From: Gammaproteobacteria bacterium
GTDB lineage: Bacteria > Pseudomonadota > Gammaproteobacteria > UWMA-0217
DNA: 64,000 nucleotides
Direction: 5' to 3'
Assembly: GCA_026981985.1 (NCBI GenBank)
Contig: JALSHZ010000031.1
Location: 8,911-72,910, forward strand
The stretch's first letter is position 1. Every line of letters starts with the position of its first letter. A program made the translations under genes and the position numbers. This document shows positions 30,128 through 40,229 of the stretch, one piece after another. The notes beneath the pieces were generated by a model. The model had not been told where the DNA came from. It was given only the letters and a program-made list of their open reading frames with translations, and did no database searches.

Positions 30128-33100
30128 TTATTCGAGTGGGATGCTACCCAGTTGCTCCAGGGCAACGCCAGCGAAATGCTGGATAAGCGGCGTCAGCGGC
30201 AGCCCTCGTATTCGCAGTGGCTGCCCCAGCGCTGAGATCGCGACTTCCATATCGAGCAGCCCTTGGCGCATGTCGATGCTGAGTCGTTGCGGGAAGGCGA
30301 GCCGCAGGGCTGATCGCAGCGGCGCCAACTGTTCATTCTGATAGTCCGGGTCGATGATCTCCAGTAATTGGAACAGTTGTTCGCGGCTGATTTTCGTGAT
30401 GTCAATGCGGCCTTGCAGCAGACGCTGGCCGATATCGAATTCGACGGCGGTGCGCATGTTCAAGGGGGCCAGTATATCGGCTTTGCTCTTGCGCCCTTGC
30501 GGCAGCAGCTGACGCGGATCGAGCTGGGTAATACGGCTGAGCAGGCCGATTTTCCAGGCACCAGGGCGGGCGTCGAGATAGAGCTGGCCGGTGAGGTGGC
30601 CGCCAAACAGATCGACGTCCAGCTGCTGCAAGTGAACCACGTTCTGCTTGATATCGATGCTGGCCAGTGCCGGGCCAAAAGCCTTGCCATCGAGCGAAAT
30701 AACGTCGGCGCGAAGATTGTCGCGATCTTCCAGAAATGGCTGAACACGGGTGAAGTCTACGCGTTGAAAGGGGTCAGGGTTTTTGAGATAGCGGAATTTC
30801 AGTTGCTCGCCCGTCCAGATCAGTTCTTCGGCGATATTCATGCGGCCATCCAGCCCTTGCAACTGAAAGTGCTTCGTCGTGATATCGAGACTGTCGAAGC
30901 GGGTTTCGCCGTCGATCGAGAGCTGGCGACCGTCCAGCAGCACCAGATGCCAGGGAACCGTGGCGGAACCGGTGCCGCCGAAATAGGGATTGATCAGCAG
31001 ATCATGCCGGAGCGTTGTGGTGAGTGTGCCGTCGAGCTGGGCATTGTTGCCGTCGAGTGAGGCCTCGCCGGTAGCCGCCAGGTCGATGAACCCGGCGCCG
31101 CTACGCAGGTGCAGGCTATCGAGGATGATTTTCTCGTTCTGCTGCCGGGCGCTGAGTTTCAGGTCGAGCGGAACGATGACGGCTTCAAGGTTGGCTGCTG
31201 CTGACTGATCGTCGCCCTCCGACAGTAGTGTCAGTGAGCCGCTGCTGAGCTGGAGAGCCAGCTTGCCATCTTGCGGTGCCAGACTGGAGGCGGTGCTGAG
31301 TTCGATACTGCCGTTCAATCCCTTGATTTGAACCTGCTGTGACAGCTCAGCAGCGGAAATCTCGAAGCGGCTCTTGAGCTGGCTGGCACCGGCTGACCAG
31401 TCGAGATGCTGTTTCAAAATGGTAGGGCCAGAGAGTTGCAGCAGCGTGCCTGGTTGATTGGTGGCCTGGGTGAGCTGGCTATCCAGTGTCAATGTTGCCC
31501 GCATTTTATTCAATGCGGCGGGAGTAGCATCCAGGATTGAGCGGTAGGGGTGGCTGATCTCGGCTTTCAGCCAGTGTGCGCTTTTGAGCGCGCCCACCAT
31601 TTCCACGGGCGCCAGTGCTGGCAGCCAGGATTCCCACTGTGGCCTGACATTGAGGCTCCAGCGTGAATCGAGCGCCAGATGGCGTGGCTTGTTTTTCGCA
31701 TTGAGTTGCAGGCTGATCGCATCAGTGTCATCGATCCGTAGTGTGGCGCTGCTGTCGGCAGTCGTCAGTGGCCAGTCGAACTTCGCCTTGTGCCAAAACT
31801 GAAGCGGGATGGGCCGCGTCATCGATGCAGCGCGGAGGCCTGCTGCGGTCAGATGCAACGTGCTTTGGTAGTCGTTGCCGGCCTTGGCCAGCGCATAGGT
31901 CAGTTTGGCGGGTTTCGTCAGCACAAGGCCGTCGGCTTGTTGCGGCCGTCGGCGTTGTTGTATGCGAATTTCTCCTTGCTGATGCAGCGGCCATTGGGCA
32001 AGCCGGGAAAAATCGGCTGTCAGCAGATTGTCAGCGTCGTGGCGCAGGTCGAGGTCGCCGCGCCAGTGGAGTTTGAGATCGCCCAGCGTTTCGAGCGGGT
32101 CGGCTGCGGCATGCAGACGCCGCAAGCGTGCGTCGAGCGTGGCCTCCAGTTCGTGGTGCAGTGTGAACGGGCTGCGGCGATTGTCTGCGCTGAGTTTCAG
32201 GCTCGCCAGCGCCTTGTTGTCGAGCTGAACCTGTAGCGACGCCGTGGGCTGGGAGAGTTCGAGGTCGGTCGTCAGGTCGACCTGGCCAGCCACCGATAGC
32301 TTGCGTTTGAGCTGGGGGATATGCGCATCGTCCAGCGCGAGTTCGCTGCGCAGTGTCAGGCTGCCGTGCTGAAAATCGCCGCTGGCCGTGAGCTGCTGCT
32401 GATCGACATGATATTGCTCGGCCTGATCACCTTCGCCGATGCGGACACTGAGATCGGAAGTCACCAGCTCCGGGGTGAAATGAAGCGTCAGGTCCTGCTG
32501 CCAGTTGGCGCTGTCCAGGCGGCCATTGGCAGCGAGCTTGATTTGTGGTGAGAAGGTGCTTTCGACACTGGTTTGGCTGAGGTGGATCTTGTCAGCTTGA
32601 CTCGCGAGGTCGATATCGAATGACAATGGCGTCGCTATCGGGAGGCTCGTGGCTGCGTTGCCTTTGGCATCCAGGGTGAGTGTCAGGTTGCTGATGTTGG
32701 CCTGTTGATCCTGGTGCCGGGCGTCCAGCCGCATCAGGCTCAGTGTCTGCTTGCCGCTGAATGCCAGTGGCGGCGGTGAATCGGAAAATGGCGCAAGCTC
32801 ACCGTGCAGGGTAATGGCGAGCTGGTGGCTGGCAAGAAGATCCAGCCGCAGCCCGTCGTGGCGGAAGTCATCCAGCGTGAGCGCGGTGATATCGCTGTCC
32901 ACTGTGGCGTCGACTTGCAGTGGGAAGACGGAGGCGATGCCTGTCTGGTGTGCAGTGTTTGGCGCGCTGCTGGCGCTGGCATTGATATTCAGGGTCAGCG
33001 CGGTGCTGTGGCCAAGTGTTTTGTCTTGTTGCATGAGGCTGGGGTGATCGACGGCCAGCCGACTGTCTATCGTTGCTTTGTTCAGTGTCCAGCCCTGCTG

Positions 33101-33916
33101 ATCGCGTGTCAGATTCCAGGCCAGCTGGCTGTTGAGGTCGGGGGTAAGGGTCAGTTGCTGCCTGCCAGTGGGACCGGCCTGAATCAATTTCCAGGCACCG
33201 CCTGATGGTTTGTCGATGGCCAGATGCAGCTGGCCTTGCAGCCGATCATGCTGCCAGTTGGCGGTGCCGCTGAGTTGTTGAATATGCCCCTGGAGTCTTG
33301 TCCAGTGTGGCTCGTCTTGGTCGAGACGCAAGTCGAAGCGAATGTTCGCCAGTGACAGCCGATCGATCGTCAGCGGGATGGGGGGGGAGCGCAGCAGTTC
33401 ATCCAGCTCGGTCAGTGTCATCGGGCTGGCCGTTGCTGCTTCAGACTCATTCGTAGCGAGGAGGTTTGTGGTCAGTTGTACATTGCTCAGTTGAGCGTCG
33501 GTGATGTCGAGCCGCCCGCGCAGTAGTGGCGCGACCGCGTATTCGACGTGGAGCCTGCCAACAGCCAGCTCGACATTACCCTGCTGTTCGTCGTGCCAGC
33601 GTAGATGCAGGTTCTGCAACGTCAGGCCGCGCAGCAGATCGAGTTGCAGTGAGCCAGGTTGCTCCAGTTCGATGCCGAGTGGTTGCAGCCGGGTAGCCAG
33701 CAACGGGGCGAGCTTGTCGTAGAGCAAGGGGGATTTGAGGGCATAGTAGCCGACGGGCACCAGCATCAGCAGGAACAGCAACAGCGAGCCCGCCGCCAGC
33801 AGCAGACGGGCAGCCCAGCGGGGAAGGGATGTCGTTGATGATATGCTCACCGCGGCTGGGCTCGTGGCTGCGTCAGTTGTTTTTGGCGCCGTCATTGATC
33901 CACGCCACCAGGGCAT
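30128..33916 (-). CDS. YdbH-like AsmA-family protein (intermembrane lipid-transport family)
   Basis: 1262 aa. N-terminal TM anchor, then a long beta-rich repetitive body. Followed by the ynbE-like lipoprotein, as in ydbH-ynbE-ydbL. Confidence 0.55.
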   Translation of the reverse strand: MPWWRGSMTAPKTTDAATSPAAVSISSTTSLPRWAARLLLAAGSLLLFLLMLVPVGYYALKSPLLYDKLAPLLATRLQPLGIELEQPGSLQLDLLRGLTLQNLHLRWHDEQQGNVELAVGRLHVEYAVAPLLRGRLDITDAQLSNVQLTTNLLATNESEAATASPMTLTELDELLRSPPIPLTIDRLSLANIRFDLRLDQDEPHWTRLQGHIQQLSGTANWQHDRLQGQLHLAIDKPSGGAWKLIQAGPTGRQQLTLTPDLNSQLAWNLTRDQQGWTLNKATIDSRLAVDHPSLMQQDKTLGHSTALTLNINASASSAPNTAHQTGIASVFPLQVDATVDSDITALTLDDFRHDGLRLDLLASHQLAITLHGELAPFSDSPPPLAFSGKQTLSLMRLDARHQDQQANISNLTLTLDAKGNAATSLPIATPLSFDIDLASQADKIHLSQTSVESTFSPQIKLAANGRLDSANWQQDLTLHFTPELVTSDLSVRIGEGDQAEQYHVDQQQLTASGDFQHGSLTLRSELALDDAHIPQLKRKLSVAGQVDLTTDLELSQPTASLQVQLDNKALASLKLSADNRRSPFTLHHELEATLDARLRRLHAAADPLETLGDLKLHWRGDLDLRHDADNLLTADFSRLAQWPLHQQGEIRIQQRRRPQQADGLVLTKPAKLTYALAKAGNDYQSTLHLTAAGLRAASMTRPIPLQFWHKAKFDWPLTTADSSATLRIDDTDAISLQLNAKNKPRHLALDSRWSLNVRPQWESWLPALAPVEMVGALKSAHWLKAEISHPYRSILDATPAALNKMRATLTLDSQLTQATNQPGTLLQLSGPTILKQHLDWSAGASQLKSRFEISAAELSQQVQIKGLNGSIELSTASSLAPQDGKLALQLSSGSLTLLSEGDDQSAAANLEAVIVPLDLKLSARQQNEKIILDSLHLRSGAGFIDLAATGEASLDGNNAQLDGTLTTTLRHDLLINPYFGGTGSATVPWHLVLLDGRQLSIDGETRFDSLDITTKHFQLQGLDGRMNIAEELIWTGEQLKFRYLKNPDPFQRVDFTRVQPFLEDRDNLRADVISLDGKAFGPALASIDIKQNVVHLQQLDVDLFGGHLTGQLYLDARPGAWKIGLLSRITQLDPRQLLPQGRKSKADILAPLNMRTAVEFDIGQRLLQGRIDITKISREQLFQLLEIIDPDYQNEQLAPLRSALRLAFPQRLSIDMRQGLLDMEVAISALGQPLRIRGLPLTPLIQHFAGVALEQLGSIPLE

Positions 33917-34355
33917 CTTGCGTCGCCTTGTCGGTGATGGTGGTGTTGTTGACTGCGTGCAGATTGAAGGAGCTGGTGCAGCTGGTCTGGTTGATCGAGT
34001 AACTTTCGATCAGGCTGGTAACAACAGTGGACTGGGCAGCATCGCCGGGTGCGATGAAATTGATATTGTTGCAATTGCCACTCTTGAAGCTCGCCCATGT
34101 GGGGTAGTCGTTGTCGACGCGCTTGCCCACCAGATTGCTGTAAAAACTGCTTTTGCTGCTGAGATCCGGGCCGTTCTCGGTGCCGTCGGCGGCTGTGGGG
34201 GAATGGCAGTTGACGCCGCAGCTGCTGAAGGTGCTGTTCCACAGGCTGGTATAGGTCGGCGTTTTCTCTTCGTCACCTGATTCGCAACCCAACAGGGTGA
34301 GTACCATGATGAACATGAAAAGCCTTGGGCATGATCGGGCAAGGGTGGTTTTCAT
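33873..34355 (-). CDS. Cys/Ser/Asn-rich lipoprotein, hypothetical
   Basis: Lipobox LLGC. CGVNCH (CX3CH) motif. The 3' end overlaps the ydbH-like start by 44 bp. Confidence 0.45.
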   Translation of the reverse strand: MKTTLARSCPRLFMFIMVLTLLGCESGDEEKTPTYTSLWNSTFSSCGVNCHSPTAADGTENGPDLSSKSSFYSNLVGKRVDNDYPTWASFKSGNCNNINFIAPGDAAQSTVVTSLIESYSINQTSCTSSFNLHAVNNTTITDKATQDALVAWINDGAKNN

Positions 34356-34484
34356 CGGGGGCTCCGGCTAAATGCAACAAGATGTTTCATAGTGTAGCTG
34401 CCGGGTGGTTGTTTGTACGTGATCTGTGCGGCAGGAAGCGAGTACTCGGCGCCGATTTTTTCGCCGCATTCTTTGGCAGTCGCG

Positions 34485-34778
34485 TCAGCTCCGATCGCGA
34501 CCGCGGCCGATCCTGCCCATCGCACAACTGACCAGGGATGAGGCTTTGGCCTTGACCGAGTCGATACCGTCGGTCGATCCTTTTTCCGGGTAGCCGAGCT
34601 TTTTCAGGCGCAGGGCAATGTCATCGCGGATGTTGGCATTGTCGGTGTCGAAGCTGACGATGCCACGGTCGAGATCGACGTCGATCGCGTGGATATTGGG
34701 ATGGTCCTTGAAATGGACCTCGATGGTGTTGGCGCAGCCGCTGCGGCGGATGTTGTCGACGTTGAACGTCAGCTTCAT
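34485..34778 (-). CDS. Small HMA-like (ferredoxin-like fold) hypothetical protein
   Basis: MKLTFNVDNIRRSGCANTIEVHF...IVSFDTD pattern resembles a heavy-metal-associated domain but has a single Cys. Confidence 0.35.
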   Translation of the reverse strand: MKLTFNVDNIRRSGCANTIEVHFKDHPNIHAIDVDLDRGIVSFDTDNANIRDDIALRLKKLGYPEKGSTDGIDSVKAKASSLVSCAMGRIGRGRDRS

Positions 34779-34993
34779 GCAGGGCTTCCGCTGCGCTCGA
34801 CTTTTTCCAGAATCTGCTGAATCGTGTCGCCCTGACGGTAGTTGTAGGGCTGGCTGCGCATCTCCTCGAAAGCACGATCGCGCGCTTCTTCGCTACTGTA
34901 CCAGCGGTAAGATGCCCAGTCCTTGCCGAGCAAGTGATCTTTGCTCATCGTGCTGCTTGTCGGAATGGTGATGCGAATACCGTACTGATGCAT
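34775..34993 (-). CDS. Small hypothetical protein
   Basis: Overlaps the downstream ORF by ATGA. Start uncertain (alternative internal ATG at MSKDH). Confidence 0.3.
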   Translation of the reverse strand: MHQYGIRITIPTSSTMSKDHLLGKDWASYRWYSSEEARDRAFEEMRSQPYNYRQGDTIQQILEKVERSGSPA

Positions 34994-35161
34994 GGTCGAA
35001 GATCCTGTCGATGGTCGTGTGGCTATTGTATCGGGCTGCGGCTGAACTGCAATGGCGGCTGAGGTCGGTTGGGCGTATTCAGCTCAGCCACCATGGGCAC
35101 TGCAATGCTGTTGTTGAATCGTAGTAAACTGCCAAGTCTGCTCAACTGATCTGGAACCGTC

Positions 35162-37012
35162 ATGCCTGAATATCGCTCTCGAACCACCACTCATGGACGT
35201 AACATGGCCGGTGCGCGCGCCCTGTGGCGGGCTACCGGGATGAAGGACGAGGACTTCACCAAGCCGATCATCGCCATTGCCAACTCCTTTACCCAGTTCG
35301 TGCCTGGGCACGTTCATCTGAAGGACATGGGGCAGTTGGTGGCCCGCGAGATCGAGAAGGCTGGCGGCGTTGCCAAAGAGTTCAACACCATCGCTGTCGA
35401 TGACGGCATTGCGATGGGGCATGCCGGCATGCTCTATTCACTGCCGTCCCGCGAAATCATCTCCGATTCGGTCGAATATATGGTCAACGCGCATTGCGCC
35501 GACGCCCTGGTGTGTATTTCCAATTGCGACAAGATCACGCCAGGGATGCTGAACGCGGCGTTGCGGCTGAATATTCCGGTGGTGTTCGTCTCGGGTGGGC
35601 CGATGGAGTCGGGCAAGGCGCTGATGGGCGGTAAGGAGGTGCATCTGGATCTGGTCGATGCGATGGTCTCGGCGGCGGACCCCAATGAGTCGGAGGAGGA
35701 TGTGATGATCATGGAACGCAGCGCCTGTCCTACCTGTGGCTCCTGTTCCGGCATGTTCACGGCCAATTCGATGAATTGCCTGACCGAAGCGCTGGGCTTG
35801 TCGTTGCCAGGCAATGGCTCGATGCTGGCGACTCACGCTGATCGTGAGCAGCTGTTCCTGCGGGCAGGGCGTCTGATCGTCGAGCTGGCAAAACGCTATT
35901 ACGAAGGCGATGACGATACCGTGCTGCCGCGCAATATCGCCGACAAGCGGGCGTTCGAAAATGCCATGAGCCTGGATATCGCCATGGGCGGTTCCACCAA
36001 CACGATTTTGCACCTGCTGGCGGCAGCCAATGAAGGGCGCGTTGATTTTACGATGGAAGATATCGACCGGCTCTCGCGCCGCGTGCCGCATCTGTCCAAG
36101 GTGGCGCCATCGACGCAGCAATATCATATGGAAGATGTGCACCGCGCCGGCGGTGTGATGGCGATTCTCGGCGAGCTGGATCGGGCGGGTCTGTTGCACA
36201 GGGACGCCGGAACCATTCATGCAAGCAATATCGCTGAGGCGCTGTCCCAATGGGATATCCGCCAGACGGATGACGAAGCACATCTGAATTTCTACAAGGC
36301 GGCACCGGGCAATGTGCCGACGCAGCAGGCTTTCAGCCAGAACAAACGCTGGGATTCGCTCGACCTCGATCGTGAGAACGGCTGTATTCGTGATGTGGCA
36401 CATGCCTATAGCAAGGATGGCGGCCTTGCCGTGCTCTACGGCAATATCGCGCTCGATGGCTGTGTGGTAAAGACAGCCGGTGTCGATGAATCGAATCTCG
36501 TTTTTTCCGGTCCGGCGCGCATTTTCGAATCGCAGGATGCTGCTGTCGCAGCGATTCTGGGTGACGAGGTTTCTGCTGGAGAAGTGGTTATCATCCGCTA
36601 TGAAGGGCCACGTGGCGGTCCGGGCATGCAGGAAATGCTCTATCCCACCAGCTACCTGAAATCAAAAGGGCTGGGCAAGGCCTGCGCGCTGATCACCGAT
36701 GGCCGTTTTTCCGGCGGCACCTCAGGGCTGTCGATTGGCCATGTGTCACCCGAGGCAGCAGAGGGCGGCGCGATTGGCCTCGTCGAACAGGGGGACATCA
36801 TCGATATCAATATTCCCGAACGCAGCATCAATGTCCGCATCACCGACGCAGAATTGGCACGTCGTCGTGAACAGATGGAAGCGAAAGGACGTGATGCCTG
36901 GAAACCGCTGGGCAGGGATCGCGTCGTCAGCGATGCGCTCAAGGCCTATGCTGCGATGTCGACATCGGCATCGCGCGGCGCCGTGCGGGATGTGAGCCAG
37001 CTGGAGAAGTAG
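35162..37012 (+). CDS. ilvD: Dihydroxy-acid dehydratase
   Basis: 616 aa. Conserved IlvD motifs ([35 protein letters not shown]). Confidence 0.95.
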   Translation: MPEYRSRTTTHGRNMAGARALWRATGMKDEDFTKPIIAIANSFTQFVPGHVHLKDMGQLVAREIEKAGGVAKEFNTIAVDDGIAMGHAGMLYSLPSREIISDSVEYMVNAHCADALVCISNCDKITPGMLNAALRLNIPVVFVSGGPMESGKALMGGKEVHLDLVDAMVSAADPNESEEDVMIMERSACPTCGSCSGMFTANSMNCLTEALGLSLPGNGSMLATHADREQLFLRAGRLIVELAKRYYEGDDDTVLPRNIADKRAFENAMSLDIAMGGSTNTILHLLAAANEGRVDFTMEDIDRLSRRVPHLSKVAPSTQQYHMEDVHRAGGVMAILGELDRAGLLHRDAGTIHASNIAEALSQWDIRQTDDEAHLNFYKAAPGNVPTQQAFSQNKRWDSLDLDRENGCIRDVAHAYSKDGGLAVLYGNIALDGCVVKTAGVDESNLVFSGPARIFESQDAAVAAILGDEVSAGEVVIIRYEGPRGGPGMQEMLYPTSYLKSKGLGKACALITDGRFSGGTSGLSIGHVSPEAAEGGAIGLVEQGDIIDINIPERSINVRITDAELARRREQMEAKGRDAWKPLGRDRVVSDALKAYAAMSTSASRGAVRDVSQLEK

Positions 37013-37038
37013 TGGTTTCGCCACTGGGGCGGTGCCTT

Positions 37039-38010
37039 CTAGCGTATGGCGCTAAAGCTGCCGTCTTGAGTGAGCAGCTTTTGCGCTATTCGCGCACTCA
37101 CGTCACCTACGCCTTCGGTCAGTTGTTCCAGTAGCGATTTTTTCGGTTCGAGGACGACGATATTGTCTTCGCCAATCAATTCTTCGGCGATGTTCTCGCT
37201 GGTTCTGAAGCCGTCGACGAGGCCAAGTGATTTGGCTTCTTCGCCGGTCCAGATCAGCCCGGTGAACAGGTCGTCGTTCTCTTTCAGGCGTTCGCCACGG
37301 CCGGTTTTTACCGCCGAAATGAAGTGCTGGTGAACCTGTTGCAGCATGCGTTCGAGATGTGCTTTTTCGTCGGGGTCCAGTGGTTTGAACGGGTCGAGCA
37401 GCGCTTTGTGTTCGCCGGCGGTGATGGTTCGGCTCTCGATGCCGATTTTTTCCATCAGCCCCTGCACGCCGAAGCTGTCCATACGAACGCCGATCGAGCC
37501 GACAATGCTGGAAGGGTGGGCGTGAATCTCATCGGCGGCCGCTGCGACGTAGTAGCCGCCGGAGGCACAGAGGTCGCGCACGACGGCGTATAGCTTTTTG
37601 TCCGGGTATTGCTCACGCAGGTCGATGATTTTCTGGTAGATCGATGATGCTTCGACCGGGGTGCCGCCTGGGCTGTTGATTTCCAGAATGATGCCTTTGC
37701 TGTGTTTGTCTTCAAAGGCTTTTTCCAGCAGCTTGTTGATCTTCTCGGCACTGGCACTGCTGCCTTCGGTGATCAGTCCTTTCAGGCGGATCAGGGCAGT
37801 GTGGTCTTTGCTGGCCGTTACCTGATGGCCGGGTAGCCCGGGTATGTCGAGCATGAACAGTAGCAGTACGCCGAGATAGGCGAAGGTCAGCAGTTTGAAG
37901 AAGATACCCCAGCGCCGGGTGCGGCGCTGTTCCTTGAGTGATCCCCAGGCGAGTTCACGAATGGCTTCCTTCTCCCAATTGGGGTCGTCGGTATTAATCT
38001 TCTTTTTCAT
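37039..38010 (-). CDS. sppA: Signal peptide peptidase SppA (36 kDa type, S49 family)
   Basis: 323 aa. N-terminal TM. S49 catalytic region (ASGGYYVAAAAD..., GSIGV). Confidence 0.85.
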   Translation of the reverse strand: MKKKINTDDPNWEKEAIRELAWGSLKEQRRTRRWGIFFKLLTFAYLGVLLLFMLDIPGLPGHQVTASKDHTALIRLKGLITEGSSASAEKINKLLEKAFEDKHSKGIILEINSPGGTPVEASSIYQKIIDLREQYPDKKLYAVVRDLCASGGYYVAAAADEIHAHPSSIVGSIGVRMDSFGVQGLMEKIGIESRTITAGEHKALLDPFKPLDPDEKAHLERMLQQVHQHFISAVKTGRGERLKENDDLFTGLIWTGEEAKSLGLVDGFRTSENIAEELIGEDNIVVLEPKKSLLEQLTEGVGDVSARIAQKLLTQDGSFSAIR

Positions 38011-38212
38011 GGCAGTGGTTGGTGGCTCCAGTAGGCGTCAATGATAACAGGTCGTCTCGTCAAAGATCCCAGTCGTCGGCTGCTTACAGCGGCCTGCCGT
38101 GAGGGTCATGGCAAGACAGTGTTGCCGTAGCTTATACTCCGCCGGATTGGTGATTGCCCGCCGGGCGTCATCGGCAATGACTCGATAACAATAATAATAA
38201 CTGAGGAGTCCA

Positions 38213-39772
38213 ATGCTAATGTCCGCAGCCCATTCGGTGCCGCGCAAACCCACTGTGCTGATAATCATGGACGGCGTGGGAATCAATGAGGATATCGACG
38301 ACAACGCGCTGGCCCTGGCGCATACACCAAGACTGAACGAGTATTTCGGTCGTTTTCCTTCGACGACGCTGGAGGCATCCGGTCAGGCTGTCGGCTTGCC
38401 TGCGGGGCAAGGCGGCAATTCCGAGGTGGGGCACCTGACGCTCGGTAGTGGCATGGTATTGCAGCAGGATCTCGTGCGGATCAATGCGGCAATCAAAACC
38501 GGCGAGTTCTACCAGAATGCCGCGTTGATCGCGGCGTGCAATGAAGCGTTGCAGAACCAGCGCCCGTTGCACCTGCTGGGTTTGCTGTCGGATGGTGGGG
38601 TGCATGGGCATGTGCGGCATTTGCTGGCACTGATCGATTTGGCGACACGTTGTGGTGTTGTGCCCATGCTACATCTGATTGCCGACGGCAGAGACACGGC
38701 CAGTGACGCGCTGCTGCGCTACTACAAGGCGATCGAAATGCCGCTGAAACATGCTGGCGGGCAGGTTGCCAGTGTCTGCGGTCGCTATTTTGCCATGGAC
38801 CGCAACAAGCATTGGGAGCGCACGGAAAAGAGCTGGCGGCTGATGACCCAGGCGGATGGTCGGCGGGCAGCCTCGGTGGAAGATGCCATCACTGCTGCCT
38901 ATCGCGAAGGGCAGAGCGATGAGTTTATTGAACCGGTCTGGATCACGGGCGGGGAGCGCATTGCACCGGGTGATCCCGTCATCTCCTTCAACTATCGCAA
39001 TGATCGTATGCAGCAACTGGCAGCCACGCTGGCGATGCCCGTTTTTGATGCTTTCGATCGCGCTGGTTGGTGTCCAGCAAAGTTGTTCACGATGACGCAT
39101 TACGAGGATCGCCTGCCAGCGACCGTCGCATTTCCAAAGCAGGCGCCCGAGGTAACACTCGGCCAGGTCATCAGTGATGCGGGGTTGCGCCAGTTGCATG
39201 TCGCTGAAACTGAAAAATATGCCCATGTCACGTTCTTCTTCAATGGCGGGCGGGAATCGCCGTTGCCTGGTGAGGATCGCATTCTGGTGCCGTCTCCAGC
39301 GGTGAAAACCTACGATCTGGCCCCTGAAATGAGCGCAAAAAATGTTGCTGACCGTGTGATCGATGCCATCAACGGGGGGCGGCACGACTTTATTGTCGTG
39401 AACTTCGCCAATGGTGACATGGTCGCACACACCGGGAACCGTGATGCCACCATCCAGGCAGTAGAGGCTGTGGATGCAGCGGTGGGCAGCGTACTCGATG
39501 CTGCCCAAGCCGCTGGCTATGCAGCTGTGGTCACGGCGGATCATGGCAATTGCGAGCAGATGGCTGACCCGCATAGTGGCAGGCCGTCGACCAGCCATAC
39601 CGGCAACCCGGTTCCCTGTTTGGTGGTTGATGAGTATGTCGCCATGCTTGCAGCAGGCGGTAATCTTGCTTCTATCGCGCCGACCATTCTGCAGTTGATG
39701 GGGCTGGAGATCCCACGAGCAATGAACCGTAACTCATTGATTGAACAGAGCAGGCTCGTGGCTGCCGCGTAA
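38213..39772 (+). CDS. gpmI: 2,3-bisphosphoglycerate-independent phosphoglycerate mutase
   Basis: 519 aa. N-terminus (K)PTVLIIMDGVG. GNSEVGHL. C-terminal TADHGN. GAGGAG RBS. Confidence 0.9.
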   Translation: MLMSAAHSVPRKPTVLIIMDGVGINEDIDDNALALAHTPRLNEYFGRFPSTTLEASGQAVGLPAGQGGNSEVGHLTLGSGMVLQQDLVRINAAIKTGEFYQNAALIAACNEALQNQRPLHLLGLLSDGGVHGHVRHLLALIDLATRCGVVPMLHLIADGRDTASDALLRYYKAIEMPLKHAGGQVASVCGRYFAMDRNKHWERTEKSWRLMTQADGRRAASVEDAITAAYREGQSDEFIEPVWITGGERIAPGDPVISFNYRNDRMQQLAATLAMPVFDAFDRAGWCPAKLFTMTHYEDRLPATVAFPKQAPEVTLGQVISDAGLRQLHVAETEKYAHVTFFFNGGRESPLPGEDRILVPSPAVKTYDLAPEMSAKNVADRVIDAINGGRHDFIVVNFANGDMVAHTGNRDATIQAVEAVDAAVGSVLDAAQAAGYAAVVTADHGNCEQMADPHSGRPSTSHTGNPVPCLVVDEYVAMLAAGGNLASIAPTILQLMGLEIPRAMNRNSLIEQSRLVAAA

Positions 39773-39794
39773 TAACTCCCCACCATATCCTAGG

Positions 39795-39875
39795 GTGTCG
39801 CAAAAGCCCATCCAGGGCTTTACGACACATGGAAAGGAAAAGGTACGATTTGCCCTTTCCTTACTGATTCAACAG
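39795..39875 (+). terminator. Two hairpins after gpmI
   Basis: gtgtcgcaaaagccc/gggctttacgacac and ggaaagg...cctttcc. Weak T-tract. Confidence 0.4.
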
Positions 39876-40229
39876 CTTAGTCGTTGTTGAATCAGGTAGT
39901 ACTTCCTTGTGCCGCACGAGAGTGTCGGAAAACCACACCCCCCTATCCGGCTGTGTGTCCTGTACAGCCAACGACGAAAAAGTGTGATCTGCGTCACGCT
40001 GCGGGGTAAACCCCTGGTTGCCCTGCGAACCTTTTTGCCCCTTCACTTTCCTAATAGGCAACGCGGCTGAAATCCATTGTCATTTGGTGGTCGCTCCAAA
40101 TGACAACAGCTTTTCTATGCCGTGTTGTGCCAAACGAGAGTGCGGTCATGATGAGAGGCGATCGGGCCCAGAATGCCAGTGTGCTACTTCCCCACGTCAT
40201 AAAAAGAACCAGTTCAGGAGCAGTTCCAA

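Noticed and set aside
35438-36403. 321-aa ORF on the - strand
   Set aside because: Antisense to ilvD.
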